A DNA stretch of 64,000 nt from NCBI GenBank assembly GCA_030390025.1, contig CM059434.1, positions 44,020,001-44,084,000 on the forward strand, read 5' to 3'. The DNA is from Squalus acanthias (taxonomy: Eukaryota). The notes under the pieces were generated by a model. It was not told the origin of the DNA, did not search any database, and saw only the letters and a program-made list of their open reading frames with translations. Made by a program: the position numbers and the translations under genes. Within the stretch, counting starts at the first letter, position 1. Every line of letters starts with the position of its first letter. This document shows positions 38,440 through 51,149 of this stretch, in pieces.

Positions 38440-38935
38440 AGATACCCACTCACCTTCCAGTGCCTCATCTAATGGCCATTCGGAATGTGTGAGCTTGAAG
38501 TGAGCACTGGCAGGGAGGGCAGCACATCTGAGCTTGGTACTGTCCTTACTCAATATCCACGCACGGGTGCTTTCCTACAGGAGTCCCGCCGAGCAGCAAT
38601 TAGGAACTGGGGTCCCAGCTGATTTTTCTCCTCAAGATAAAAAGAAAAAGCCGTGAATGCTGAAAATACTTTGCAGGTCTTTCATCAGCTGAACGGAGAA
38701 ACAACAGGTTAACATCTCCGGTTAGGCCCTTTGTCTAACAGAGGGCCGATACCCAAAATGTTAACCTATGCTGTGTACTTCCAGCATTTTCTGATTTTCC
38801 TCTTTCCCTAATCCAGGGGCAATTGTAACACCGCTGCTGGCACATCAGCGAACTCAGCACAGACCAGTGGTTGAACCAGAGACTGATTGGTCTGTATTGA
38901 TCAGTACCACACTGGCCAATAAATAGCTTTACCAA
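38440..38935 (-). mobile_element. SINE family B split by a Penelope-derived palindrome
   Basis: Halves ...cccagctgatttttctc and tccctaatccaggggcaattgtaac...aactcagcacagaccag. Confidence 0.7.
38641..38795. mobile_element. Back-to-back inverted Penelope-like terminal remnants
   Basis: Arms aatgctgaaaatac/gtacttccagcatt, ggttaacat/atgttaacc and ggccctttgt/acagagggcc; each arm resembles 51744-51880. Confidence 0.65.
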
Positions 38936-40199
38936 GTGATGAGGCTTCAGCTACCCTCCGATATTTATTAGTTTGCACAATTTAAATTCGTCTCATGCTG
39001 TTATTTTGTTGCCATTATACATTGAGACACCGTGTCATCAATTTTGGGATTGAGACACAGTGAGATAGGACCCATCTGACACAGTGCATCACTACTGATA
39101 GCTAACATAGGATCGGAAAGTATACATCATGACCTAACAAAACCTGTACTGCCACGAGGTTTATCTCAACAATGTTTTATTGCTTTATAGGCTAGATGAT
39201 ACAGATTATAACAGGTTTTTTTTCTGGCTTGCAAGTTAGAAATTGCTGATGGCAGTGGCCCTTTAAACTGTGTTAATGGCAAAAAAGCATGGCAGAAATG
39301 CTGCTATAAAACAGGCAATGACACTACCCTGTGAAATCCTGTCAAAGGGCTGTTCCTGAGAAGAGATACAATCTGTGCTGCTTTGCTTCTGTAAACATCA
39401 CCTTCAAACCAATGCTTATGGGCCATGTGAAAAATCAAGCTTGCTCTGAGTGCACTTGCTCGTCATCTTTCTGGGGATCGCTGTGAGTGTTCTGATACTA
39501 GACTCTCGTGCCTAATTCTCAAAGTGGAATTGCAGGGAAAAGTCAATGCAGCGCTGGTGGTCATCCCCTAGATGTCTTTAGTAAGCTTCCTAAATTACAT
39601 TTACTGAGTGTGCTGGTGACCTAGTGGTAATCCATTGACACAGTATCAACATTTAAACAAGTTCCAAAAAAAACCTAGGGTGATGAGATTTCTCCTTTTG
39701 ATGATTTTAATCATTTTGTTCTCACGGCGACTTTTCCAGTATGGGAGGAATTCCACCACCTATATTACAATAGTGTCCAGTTAGGACAGTTAGCATTCTT
39801 CCACTGGTAATTGGACTCTGGAGTGTTCATTGGACAGCTGAGAGGTACAGTTAGATGTGAGAGTGAGCAGTGTCACACAGCAGTGACGTCTAGCTTATCA
39901 GCTTTTACGCTCGTTACACTGCTGTTTGTCAAGTCAGACTCTCACAACTCTGTAGTGATACATGTAACAGGGATAAGCCAATTGGAAGACAAATTAAGCA
40001 CAACATTTGTTGTCTGGTACACCACCCTTGTTACGTGTTCTAAAGTATCTGCTCAAAGAAACACACCACATCACACAGAGACAAGAGAGAAAGTCAGTCA
40101 CACACACTTTCCCACTCATCCCTCCCCCCACCCAATCCATCAGAGTCACCTCTTATCCACTGTTTAGATTACAGACCAGTAGGACTGTAGGTATCTGTT

Positions 40200-40579
40200 C
40201 TTCTTCTCTTCCTTCTTAGGCAGTCCCTCGGAACCGAGGATGATTTGCTTCCACACTAAAAATGAGTTCTCAGGTGACTGATGAGTCCAATACGGACCTA
40301 CAGTCTCTGTCACAGGTGGGGCAGACGGTGGTTGAAGGGGCGGGTGGGTGAGGTGCTTGGGTTGACGTGCGCTCCTTCCGCTGTTTGCGCTTGACTTCCG
40401 CTTGCTCCCGGCGAAGAGACTCGAGGTGTTCGGCGCCTTCCTGGATGCTTCTCCTCCACTTTGTGCGGTCTTGGGCCAGGGATTCCCAGGTGTCGGTGGG
40501 CGATGTTTTTTTCAAGGAGGCTTTGAGGGTGTCCTTGAAGCGTTTCCTCTGCCCACCTGGGGCTCTCTTGCCATGTCGG
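40200..40579 (-). mobile_element. RTE-clade LINE 3' fragment
   Basis: GGQRKRFKDTLK...WESLAQDRTKWR...CPTCDRDCRS; (GAA)n tail; 11-bp TSD aggtatctgtt (40189-40199 and 40580-40590). Confidence 0.92.
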
Positions 40580-40789
40580 AGGTATCTGTTAACAGCTTAC
40601 TCGCAGTGGTGCAAACTCAATCGCTCCCTAATAAATGCAACCATTTAAATCCAAAGTAGGCAGCAATGGAGGAATGGACAATAAATGGAAAGAATCCAAT
40701 TATTTTGACTTTGTGTGTGAGACTTTCTGAAGCCCTCTGCATAACTACCTCAACTGCAGGTATCTGAAGGTCCCCAGTCGTCTAAACAC

Positions 40790-41140
40790 TCCCCAATGAG
40801 GCGCTGAACCATACAGACCTGAAGATCCCTTGGTCTGCACTAGGTTAGCTGATTGTAGCCCAAGTAGCGATAGTAGGAGAAAAAAAATCAGCCAGTGCTC
40901 CCACTCCTCATCACTCTCCAGTGAGCCTATTGGAAAGTGCACATGTGTGGATTTCAGGATCGGACTCAGTTGTGAAGTGCCCCCGCCCGCCTGATGATCA
41001 AACAGACAACTGCTATTCACTGTCGAGGCCCACAAGTGAAGATTGACCACTTGAGTATGCTAGTCAGAAGCCTGCAGCTGCCCATGGAATCATATCCAGT
41101 AGGAGTGAGTGCTTTCAGGAAAGGAGGGGAGAAATTGGGG
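40790..41140 (+). mobile_element. SINE family B, near full-length
   Basis: ccatacagacctgaag...aaaatcagccag...caggatcggactcag...gagtgagtgctttcaggaaaggagg. Confidence 0.75.
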
Positions 41141-42020
41141 GTGTGGGGGATGGGAGCTAAGCAAGGCAGCAACAAGAATCACAAATTACCTTTTACTTAT
41201 ATCTCAAACCATTCAGAAACTAATTGATTGGTATCTCTTACATACTCTAAGAAAGACATAATTAAAAAGTAATTAGACTATTCAATTGTGATTCATAATC
41301 ATTTATTGGCCCCATTTTTACAAATGTTAACAAGAGTTTTTTAAATTTCAAATGTCACTTGAATTAAATATTCAGAAGGAATAAAAACAAAATGACTAAC
41401 AGAGAATAAATTATTCCTTAATTCATTCTTTTAAGGCAGAGGAACTACCACAGTATTAGATCAGTAATATCGGGCAGCAATTCTCGGGTCACTGGACAAA
41501 CGGAGTAAATGTGGCTAATTTTCAAGAAAAGAAAATTAGGCAACTCTAATTTCTGAGCCACAACTCACTCTCCTCCCACTTCCCCAGACATCTGTATGTA
41601 TTAATGCTTAAACCGACACAAGAGTCAGTTTGGCTAATGTGGTAAGTGGAAATGCAGCCAAAGGAAGCTGCCCAACAGCATTAACCAATTTGACTACTGG
41701 CAGCTCAAACTCTGTTGAGCAACAGCCTGCTCCTGTTCCAGAATATAGAAAACTCTTTCTGATTAGAGCAGAATCTACATTTTTCTCCGTAAAAAAAAAG
41801 ATTTTGCCCCTGTTTTCACACCAAGCCATGACCAAAACCATGGGCAACATGTTCCAAAGTATCCATTAGTGTCTCTCATGTGTCCTACCACTAGGGGGTG
41901 TGAGAGAGTCTGGTGGTGACCCTCCTTGACTATGGCTGGTCTTTGCTCAGCAGCTGCTTGTGACGGCACAACTGAGATACAGAACTCACCACATAGGGAG
42001 ACTATGGCACACACACATAG

Positions 42021-42235
42021 TGACCTAGAAATTGGTCTGCGCAGCACCCATTTTTCAGACACTAGTCGGATTATTAAGACCCCAGCAGGGCAGGCAGGAA
42101 GCGTTCGCACATTAAACCATGGGCCGCTGCTGGCCACTGCTCGCTCCCCCACTCCTGATTGCCTCTGCCCCCCTCCCGGACTCACCCGAGGCCCTCAGCA
42201 GGTGTCTGAGCCGGCATAATTCACTCCCCCTCCCC
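42021..42235. mobile_element. Truncated Harbinger-type MITE
   Basis: Left end gacctagaaattggt resembles the ggcctaaaaatttggt terminus; GC-rich interior; no right TIR seen. Confidence 0.4.
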
Positions 42236-42669
42236 CTCCAATATTGGAGCTAGGCGTATGGCAGAGTTATTAGATTGGGTCTTTTATACTTATCTTTACT
42301 TTGATGGCAGAGAGTATGCAGTGTAATGGATAGAGACTCAGCATATGTAAACGCCCCCCAGAATCATTAACAAGAACAATTAGGGATTTTATTTTCTCGT
42401 CCTCTAATATCTACACTGAAACCTAGAATAAAATTGAACTGCAGTGACTCTATCTTTAAGCCTATGATTTTTTCACCATATTATTTATAACAGATGAAGG
42501 AACTGAGTCCAGTTCAACTCAACCTGCCCTGATCCAAGATCACCTCTGGTCCAGAACATTCAAGTTATTTATAGATACAAATAACAATCTGAAAACGGTT
42601 CACTGTTTGAAACATGAATTTGAATCTGACTAAAATAGAAAACAATTAAAAAGAAAACTCTTTGATGGT

Positions 42670-43010
42670 TCAGTTGATAAGGCCACTGCCTGGTGGGTAA
42701 TTGAGGTTCACTTCCGACTCTGTACTGAGTTGGTTGATGTCAGCCAAGATGTCAGTGCAATTGCCCACGGAGCCCTAGACTAGGATGTGGGAGGATAGAA
42801 ATAGCCAGAGTTCTCTGTCTAGTATCCAATGAGTTTTGTTGGAATGTGTGTGTGTGGTAACAACAGGATGGGGCTTGGCTGTGATGTCCCCCTGTGTAGG
42901 CTTATACAAGAATAGTAACTTCAGTGAAGTATCAAACGGTAGCCAGTGTTCATGAAACTGTACTCCAGCAGTCAGCACCTTCAGGCAAGGAGGAGAGATA
43001 ATTGGAGGGG
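42670..43010 (+). mobile_element. SINE family B
   Basis: caggatggggcttggctgtgatgtcccc...cagcagtcagcaccttcagg. Confidence 0.7.
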
Positions 43011-43044
43011 GCAAAGAAACAAACCGACGAAACATTCAATTAAA

Positions 43045-43232
43045 ATAAAGAACTTGCATTTGTACAGCCTCAGAGAGGGCCTCGATTTAGCATCTCAGAT
43101 AAGGCTTCGGCTTAAGGTCTTAGCTAAAAAACGACATCTTCAACAATGCAGCACTCTCTCAGTGCTGCACTGAAGTGTTAGCCCGGATTACGAGCTCAAG
43201 TCCACAGTGGATAGAACCCACAACTTTCTGAA
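43045..43232 (-). mobile_element. Internally deleted Deu-domain SINE
   Basis: Tail aagaacttgcattt joined to ggcctcgatttagcatctca and tgcagcactctctcagtgctgcactgaagtgtt. Confidence 0.7.
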
Positions 43233-43352
43233 ATAAAAGCCAATTTAAAAGAAACAAAATAAGATGTATGACATTCCATTTATTGTTTGCGGACATTCTG
43301 CATATTTGTGGAATTAAGTGTAATGCTAGCTGACGCTGTCTTCACTAGTGGA

Positions 43353-43556
43353 NNNNNNNNNNNNNNNNNNNNNNNNNNNNNNNNNNNNNNNNNNNNNNNN
43401 NNNNNNNNNNNNNNNNNNNNNNNNNNNNNNNNNNNNNNNNNNNNNNNNNNNNNNNNNNNNNNNNNNNNNNNNNNNNNNNNNNNNNNNNNNNNNNNNNNNN
43501 NNNNNNNNNNNNNNNNNNNNNNNNNNNNNNNNNNNNNNNNNNNNNNNNNNNNNNNN
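43353..43556. other. 204-nt run of N (assembly gap or masked segment)
   Basis: Directly visible. Confidence 1.
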
Positions 43557-43959
43557 AGTCTTGCTGATATAAGTGAAGTGGGAATTGGATGCTCCCTGGA
43601 ACTTTATAAACATGCATTCTAGACATGGATACATGTTGAATCAGGGCCGCCTGGGCTTTTGGCTGTGCAGTCATGTTTAACATGGTTTGACAGCTTTCAA
43701 ATAACATATGCAACTAACTCTAAAACTTTGTGAGTAAAAGCCATCAGTATCTATCACTCAAGAATTGAGAATGCAAGAAAACCAATTTGTAACTTTCTAA
43801 CTTTTTAAGGTAATGGCCTTAGATGAGCACTAAATCATATTTTATATATATTTTATATACATACTAGTGGATAATGAAGATTTGGGAGAATGTACTGTTT
43901 CATAAGCAAGAAGTGGATGAGAAAGCAATATGGCAGCTGAAAGGATTTTCAAAGAGGTT

Positions 43960-44870
43960 TGTGAAAGATCTACTCCGAGATAGTGAAATAAATGTTAAAA
44001 TGTTTAACAGGCTGAAGGATGTCAAGGAGCATGCAAACTTTGGGAGTGCTAGGTGAGCATCCAGTGGTCATATTCATGAGGGAACTAAAATTAGTGGTAG
44101 GACTGCAGAAGGGATCTTAAACAAAGAATATGAGGAGCTAGGAATAAAAAACAAAAAAGCAAGACCTCAAAGCTAGTATTCTCAATAATGCTGCCAGTGC
44201 TCCACACTAAGCCAAACAGGCAGAAAACATATTAGGAGGCTGAATGGTTCTGGAAGGGTGGTGTAGTTAGGAACATTTCAAGTATGTGGGATATTGGAAG
44301 TTTTGAAACAGGAGGTGGCTGTACAGAGAGACAGACTCCACCTGAACTAAAGTGAACCAACACCAAGAATAGGTAGAGCTGTGGGTGTGAGTTTAAATGA
44401 GTAAGCTCAAGGGGTAAGATGGATAAATTTACCTTAGGTAAGTGTTAAGAATAAGTACAGTAAAGGGACAAACCAGTCTCAAATAGTAAGCTCAAAGATG
44501 TACCTTAGAGCAGGTCGATAGAAGTTAAGAGGTGAGATAGTGAAGGAAAAATTAAGGGAAAAAAGAAGGGAAAAAGGTATTGAGAAATATGACTGAGTCA
44601 AGGTTGTGGTGTTTCTATGCATTAGAAATAAAGTCAGAGAACTAGAGGCAATAACTATAATGAAGGAACATGACAATGTAGTATTAATCAAGAACACAAT
44701 CACAGCCATAGAAAGGAAAGTTTTATTGATGGTGGTGTGCAGACTGGGTTAAGAAATAATAAGGAATCTGGTAGCACAGTGGGAATACATTATAGATCAT
44801 CCAATAATGGGAAACAAATCGAGGATGAGATTTCTAGGTTTGCAATAGCTGTAATAATGGGGGACTTTAT
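43960..44870 (+). mobile_element. Ancient CR1 5' portion: ORF1 SGNH-esterase remnant and start of the ORF2 endonuclease
   Basis: Frameshifted motifs H.GT, EYEELG, KTSKLVFS..LPV, LYRRDRLHLN-like (cf. RDGLHLN); then IRNKVRELEA and VIMGDF. Confidence 0.75.
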
Positions 44871-44875
44871 AATAA

Positions 44876-45255
44876 TGGCAGAAGTAGGCCATTCAGCTCC
44901 TCGAGCCTGATCCACCATTCTATTAGATCTTGGCTGATCTGTATCTCAGTACCATTTACCTGTCTATGCTTCACATCCCTTGATACCCTTACCTAACAAA
45001 AATCTATCTATCGCAATCTTGAAAGCTTCAATTGACCCAGCATCCACAGCTTTTTGGGTGAAGAGAGTTTTAGCGTCCTATTACCCTTTGTGTGAAGAAG
45101 TGCATCCTGATTGCGCTCCTGAATGGCCTGGCTCTATTTTTAAGATTATGCTCCCTTGTTCTAGATTCCTCCATCAGAGGAAATAGTTTCTCTTTATCTA
45201 CCCTATCAAATCCCTTTATCATTTTTAACACCTCAATGAGATCATCCCTCAATCT
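44876..45255 (-). mobile_element. CR1 3' fragment
   Basis: LRDDLIEV.K...GFDRVD.EKLFP...FFTQRV; 3' UTR gcagaagtaggccattcagc. Confidence 0.88.
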
Positions 45256-45780
45256 GAGCTCAAACACATAACACTTGGTTATTAAAACACTCTATTGTAG
45301 GAATAGTAGATCCTATAGGAGTGCTTCACCAAAAGTAGCTACTGAGGCAGGTTAGAAGAGTTAGCTCTAGTTAAAGAGCTGGGATGGATACAGGTACAAT
45401 ATGTCAGATGGCCTCCTTCCATACCAAAATTTCTGTGTTTCAAAAAACATATATGCATACAGTACCTCTTGCACAAACAAATTGCTGTACAGTATCCTAC
45501 TTTAACATACGTACAGTACCTTTCACAAATATGTACCTGTACACTATCTTACTTTAATAGCCAATTAAAGAGTAAACATTAATTCTCAGCCGGGAAGTGG
45601 GGGAAGTGGGGGGGGGGGGATTTCAGTGGTTAAATTATTAATTATTGGATTATTCCTACACTTGAATTCTTTTTGTATTTCTTCATTGTATTAATTAGTA
45701 GTCTCGTAACAACAGTGGTGGTTGTTATTGTATGAACAGAATGAAGGGAATCAACAACAATTCTGTGGATAGACCTAAGA

Positions 45781-46170
45781 CCACAAGAGATGCTATTAAC
45801 TGCTGGATAGGATACAGTGGCAACATATTCAACAAAAAGTAACATGGTCACTATATATTCCATATAAAATAATAAGACAACTCTACATTACACAAAGAAT
45901 AATGCAAATGCAATATATTCTATGTAGAATAACACAGCAACTATATATTCCAGATAGAATAGTGCTATCATTGTACATTTAATATAGAACATACCACTAT
46001 ACATTCTATATTCCACACAATACCACAACCACTATATATTTCATGTGGAATAACACCACCATTATGTGATCTACAGAGAAGAATATAGCCACAATAGATT
46101 TCATAGAAAATAATATAGCCACTATACATCCATAAAGAATGATGGTGCTGCTGCATATTGGAATGCATTA
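45781..46170. repeat. 30-bp degenerate minisatellite (aacacagcaactatatattccatatagaat), ~12 units
   Basis: An exact 30-bp phase is visible at 45841-45990. Confidence 0.85.
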
Positions 46171-47374
46171 TGTTTGGTTCAATGAATTTTCCTTTCTGGT
46201 TAACTGGAAGATATAAGTAATGTTTCATGTGAATTCAAAGACACAGATGATATTTATCCTCCTACTATTTTTTGAATCCCCAACGTACTCCACTAGCACC
46301 GAGAGCTCATACCTAATAAGTGGCAAAGTTACGAGTGGGCTGTGAAGGTCAGATTCTAAGTCGATTATGTCTGGTATTCAAACCAGTAGGAGCTGGATAT
46401 TGGGATTATATTGGTTTATTTTTACCAATATTATTATTACATTACCTCTCATTTCCGCACCCCCCCCCCCCACCCCACGCCCCCAGCTTTCACATACTTA
46501 ACATTATTTGAATCAAAGCCTAATCTAAAGAGTGCGATCCAGTGCGATGAGCCAATGGTTTCAGCACCCATGGTTTCTGCCATATCCAATCTCTGGCTTA
46601 CCTAAATTTCAGTTCACAGAAGAGCCAAATGTTATGTTATCTTACAGGTCCTGGACCTAATTTTGAATTATAGTAATAGCTGAAGATCTTTTTTTATTGC
46701 CAGATAGAACTTGATAGTATGTTTCCAAGCAATTACACGGACAATACAAATTCTGTTTATTCAGAGAATATAGTAACACATATTTTCACAGGGTTATCTC
46801 ATACTACGATACAGAAGTTTCATAAAATAATTGTCTCTGTTTACATTGAGAGTAAGAAAGAAAGCTTGCTCTCAAAGGGTTAAGCGCGCTTACTCGCTCT
46901 AATTTATGTCTTAGAGACCTTAAAAGTCATCCCCAGGTTCAGTGAATCACTTACACTTTCCAGCTGAGAGATCCAGCCTTGATTTACCATGTAGGCCAAA
47001 GTTGATATAGGAGCTTAGTGGTTTAATAAGCATTTAAATGTCAAATTAGGTTGTTGCGTCTGCCATAGACCAACATTACTGGCATTTTCTCTGATGCACA
47101 TTGAGAATTTAAAAATCCAACACTACCACATAGCGAGCATATCTGTGCTACAAGTTACTGTTTTCTGAAAGAGATAACCATCAGGTAAGATGTCGCTGAG
47201 CAGAGAGCTCACAAAGAGACTCCAAACAAGCCCATGTTTGTACCGGAGACAAACTGCCCATTGTATTTCAGAAATGCAGTTTGGAATTCGAACCGGATCA
47301 GCTTGAAATTTGGTATTTGTCCAGTACTAGCGCACACAATGAACATTCTGAGTGATTGTTTTTTTTTGTTTCCA

Positions 47375-47745
47375 CCCAATTCTCTCTCCTCTCCTGAAGA
47401 TGCTGATTCATGCAAGGGGACAGTCCCACAGGTGGTAGCTGCCCTCCGATACCTCACCCAAAGGATCATTCATCCTATGTGAGCATGGACAGTGAGTGCC
47501 ATTGGCATATTCAACCATGAGGGGGTAACACCACAGATTAGCCTGTCCTCAGCTGATGCCCAAACCCCTGCATTTTTAACCATGGATCAATGGATATTGA
47601 TCAGGAACAGTACCCCGAGCTGATTACTTCCTTCCCTACCATTACCCTGGTTGAGATCAGCTAGCCCAGCACAGATTGGGTATTGAACCTGAGATCTTTC
47701 TGGTCTGTATAGCTCTGTTCAACATTAGAAAATGCACTTACCAAC
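47375..47745 (-). mobile_element. SINE family B, near full-length
   Basis: ctcctgaagatgctgattcatgc...gagatcagctagcccagcacagat...ctggtctgtatagctc. Confidence 0.8.
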
Positions 47746-47949
47746 TCCAAATGCATAAACAAAAATGTCCAAAGTTTGACATGAATGGTCAGTGTTTTGG
47801 GGGTCCAGTCTTTGTCCATGATCGTGGACAAGGCCTCATGGTCTAGGCCTCTCTCCCCTCAAAATTACTTCTACCCAAGTCCTTGCAAAATAATATGCAG
47901 CGGTTAAATCAGCTTCAAGTAGCAGTAGGACTTAGGCAGGAGCAGTGTT

Positions 47950-48370
47950 GACGGGAGACGGAAGAGAGGGAAGTAAAGGGGATAGGAAAGGAAGAAAGTT
48001 TAAGGAAGAAGGAAGAGAGATGGTGAAGGGGAAAGTGAAAGGAACAGAAAAGGGGAAGTGAAGGAGAGAGGAAAGGGGAGAGGACAGGGCAAGGGTGAAA
48101 GTGCCAGCTTGAATGAGATGGGGGAAAGAAAAGTATTACGTTGAATGGGAGGTAGGGCTTTTTGCCACCTTGAGCTGGGTTGGAGGGGAAGATAGGTGCT
48201 AGGTTGAATTGAGGAGAGAGAGGAAGGGGATGAAGAGTCCCAGCATAAACTCGAAAGGTTGTAGGAGGAAAGAGTGTCTCTGTGAACTGGGTAGAGTGTT
48301 TCTGTGAATTGGAGCACAGGAGTTGGATGTGGGAGAATAACTGGTGAGATAGAGTTTGGGAACATGATGC
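47950..48370 (-). mobile_element. Purine-rich tract and probable highly decayed L2 fragment
   Basis: GA-rich strand bias typical of antisense L2; no clean motif. Confidence 0.35.
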
Positions 48371-49989
48371 TTTGGTTGGTCTGTTGAAAATTTAAATATC
48401 ACATTTTTTACATTAAAAATCTATTGATTATGAAGTACTCTTTACTACAAGGTCAGGAATCATTAGGGGAGTGGTCACAAATTTGATTCTCCAAACAAGT
48501 TTCTAATCTTGGCTGTACTGCTGAGGTGGGAGGTGGGGAAAGGTTAGCCATTTCTCACCCAGAAGTGGGGAGAGGAGGAAATATTACTGAGCAAGCCACC
48601 CCAATCCATTCTTTTGAAGCCATTAGCGATTGCCTTGTTCAGAGTAGGTCCTCTTTCTCTCTGTCAAGAAATAGAAATTTGCACAGACAGGAAGGAACTG
48701 GTGAGGAGCAAGTTTTGCTGCTTTCATTCCCTAATCTAGACTGAATACCAGGACCAGCTACACTTTGTGCACAAGTAAAGACTTGATTACATCAAGAATT
48801 TGCTTCTATTAAACTTACATCACAGTCAATATGATCCCATTTGTCACCAAAAAAGTCTCTCACTTCCTGGTAAGATTTGCAAAGAGCTGCTGAACAAAAA
48901 GGGAAGCTGCTGCTTCCAGGGACATTTTGTAACTGGTAGTCAATGGCTCTTCCTCTCCCCTCCCCCACCCCTCCCTGTGAGAGGCAGGTGTTGCTGTGTT
49001 CATTCTCTAATCTAGACTGAAAAAGACCTAATTAGCATAAATGTACATGCCTAGAATGTGAAAGAACAAACTTCTGTCCTGCTACTTATTTGCTGAAATT
49101 GTTTTATGCCTCTCTATACGCTATACTTGCCAGCTCTTCAGTTCTTTGGTGGAGCAGTCATTAGCACGTTGGATCCTCCTCCTGCCCTCTCTAGTGCAGA
49201 AGATGAAACCTCCAGGATTTTTCACATTTTTACCAATTCTCTAAAGATAACTAAAGGAAGGATAGCTCTACTTAGGATTGACTGACTTCGTTTTGTAATA
49301 CAAATTGTAAATCTGTAGGACATTGACTCTCCAAATGCTCAACCAAAGGCATAACTAAAGTTTCCAATCAACCTTTTTCCTGATGACTCTGATATAGAAG
49401 TCCGAATATTCAAGATATTCTTACAGAAATGCTGACAGTTATGCAATAACTCTTAATTCTCTATAATAGCCAATAACTATTACCTCTCTATAAAGCCCAA
49501 TTCAGTCCAAAGCATGACTACTGTGGCCACATCTGGAGAAGCAGTTGGAGCACTTCTTGTATTTCTAGACAGGGACACCAGAAAATACTTATCATCTTTT
49601 GCCTCATTCTTCTCTCACCTCTAACCTCCAGCTTCTCCCTCCATTCAAAACCTTTCTTGTTGTTCTCTATTATTAATTCTACTATGGTTAGTGCTATTCT
49701 GAACTTTGTTAAATTGTTCCTCCTCAGCTCCACATACTCCATCTTTCTCTTACCTGCGTCATCACTATTCAAATAAAGAATCATCATGCTATCATCTACT
49801 TCAACTCATTCTTTCTCAGGATCTCAGAACTGTGAAACTCTTTACCTTGCTAAATCTTCCCTTCTTTCTAGCATCTATAGGTTTTGAAAAATCCAAGCCT
49901 GGCATCATCTAACCACCATATCTTACTTTATCTATCCTTCATCGGGTCCGTTTATACTTCTCTGCCCTTACCTCAGGCCATTGCCGTTG

Positions 49990-50926
49990 GGCAGTTTAGC
50001 AATGCTTTGGTTACCTTGAGACTTGATTTCTCTAATGTCCTCCTTGCTGACCTCCAATTCTCCACCCTCCATAAGACAGAGAGAAAAAAAGAACTTGCAT
50101 TGATGTGGTGCCTATTAAGTCCTCAGGATGTCCCAAGGCACTTCACAGCCAAATAATTCCTTTTGAAGTATAGTCACTGCTGTAATGTTGTGAAATGTAG
50201 CAACCAGGTTGCACACAGCTAGGTCCCACAAACAGCAATGAGATAAATGACCAGTTTAGTGATGAATTCCAACTTGTCCTAAGCTCAGCTGCCTGTATTC
50301 TGTAATGCACTAGGTTCCATTGACTCATCACTTAATCCTCAATAACCTACATTGGCTTCCTCTTCAACACATTAGCCTCAATTTTAACTCGGAATGCACG
50401 TACAACATGGGCGAGCTGGGACAAGTGATTTCAACCCCCTATAGGCCCCGTTCTCTTCAGACGTGGGGGCGGGGGGTTAAAATCAGGGCTACTGTGCTTG
50501 AAATCTTCATCTTTGTTCTCAAATCACTCTATAGCCTCAGCCCATCTAATCTCCACAACCTCCATCAGTCGTACATCCTACCCACTCCACTCCCCCACCT
50601 ACCCAGGCTCTTTGATCCTCTGACTCTAACCTTTTGTGCATCCCATCCTCCCTTTGCACCACCATTGGTGGCAGAGCGTTCAACTTCCTTGGCCTCACTC
50701 TCTAGAACTCCCTCCTTAAATCCCTCCAGCTCTCTACTCTTCTTTCCACATTTAAAAACTTTCCAAAACCCATCTTTGCAAACAAGCAACCTCTCTTAAC
50801 TCTTGCTTCTTGGCTCACTATCCTTCCATTTATCAGTTTTATTTATTTATTCTCCTCCCTCTGTAAAGTACCACGGGATATTTTCTGTCTTGAAGTTTTG
50901 CTATATAAATGTTGTTGTTGTTGTTA
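49990..50926 (+). mobile_element. L2 3' region with a nested Deu-SINE tail (50085-50262, minus) and a MITE (50375-50489)
   Basis: ALVTLRLDFSNVLLADL, LHWLP, GGRAF-like motif and ctatataaat(gtt)n tail; MITE ends gcctcaattttaac/gttaaaatcagggc. Confidence 0.8.
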
Positions 50927-51149
50927 GTATCTATCTTATCTCTGCTAGGCTTTTCAGCCTTACTGTCCTTCACCTAGGATTCTCAATAAAAAAGTACACA
51001 TTGGTCTGATTTATTCCTGTTCTAATGACAGATGTTTATGATCACAGACTAGCTCAGGGATAAATTTCCTCTGGATTTGCAACAATTATTGTGATTTTTG
51101 TGATCCATCATGAACTATGGTAATCTATATTCCTTTATTTTTTGAAACT

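Noticed and set aside
40278-40302. ctgatga-gtcc-aatac-ggac hammerhead-like motif
   Set aside because: No GAAA box follows; it is the antisense of the RTE C-terminal coding sequence.
46560-46580. REST/NRSE-like ttcagcacc
   Set aside because: Only the left half-site is present; the GGACAG right half is missing.
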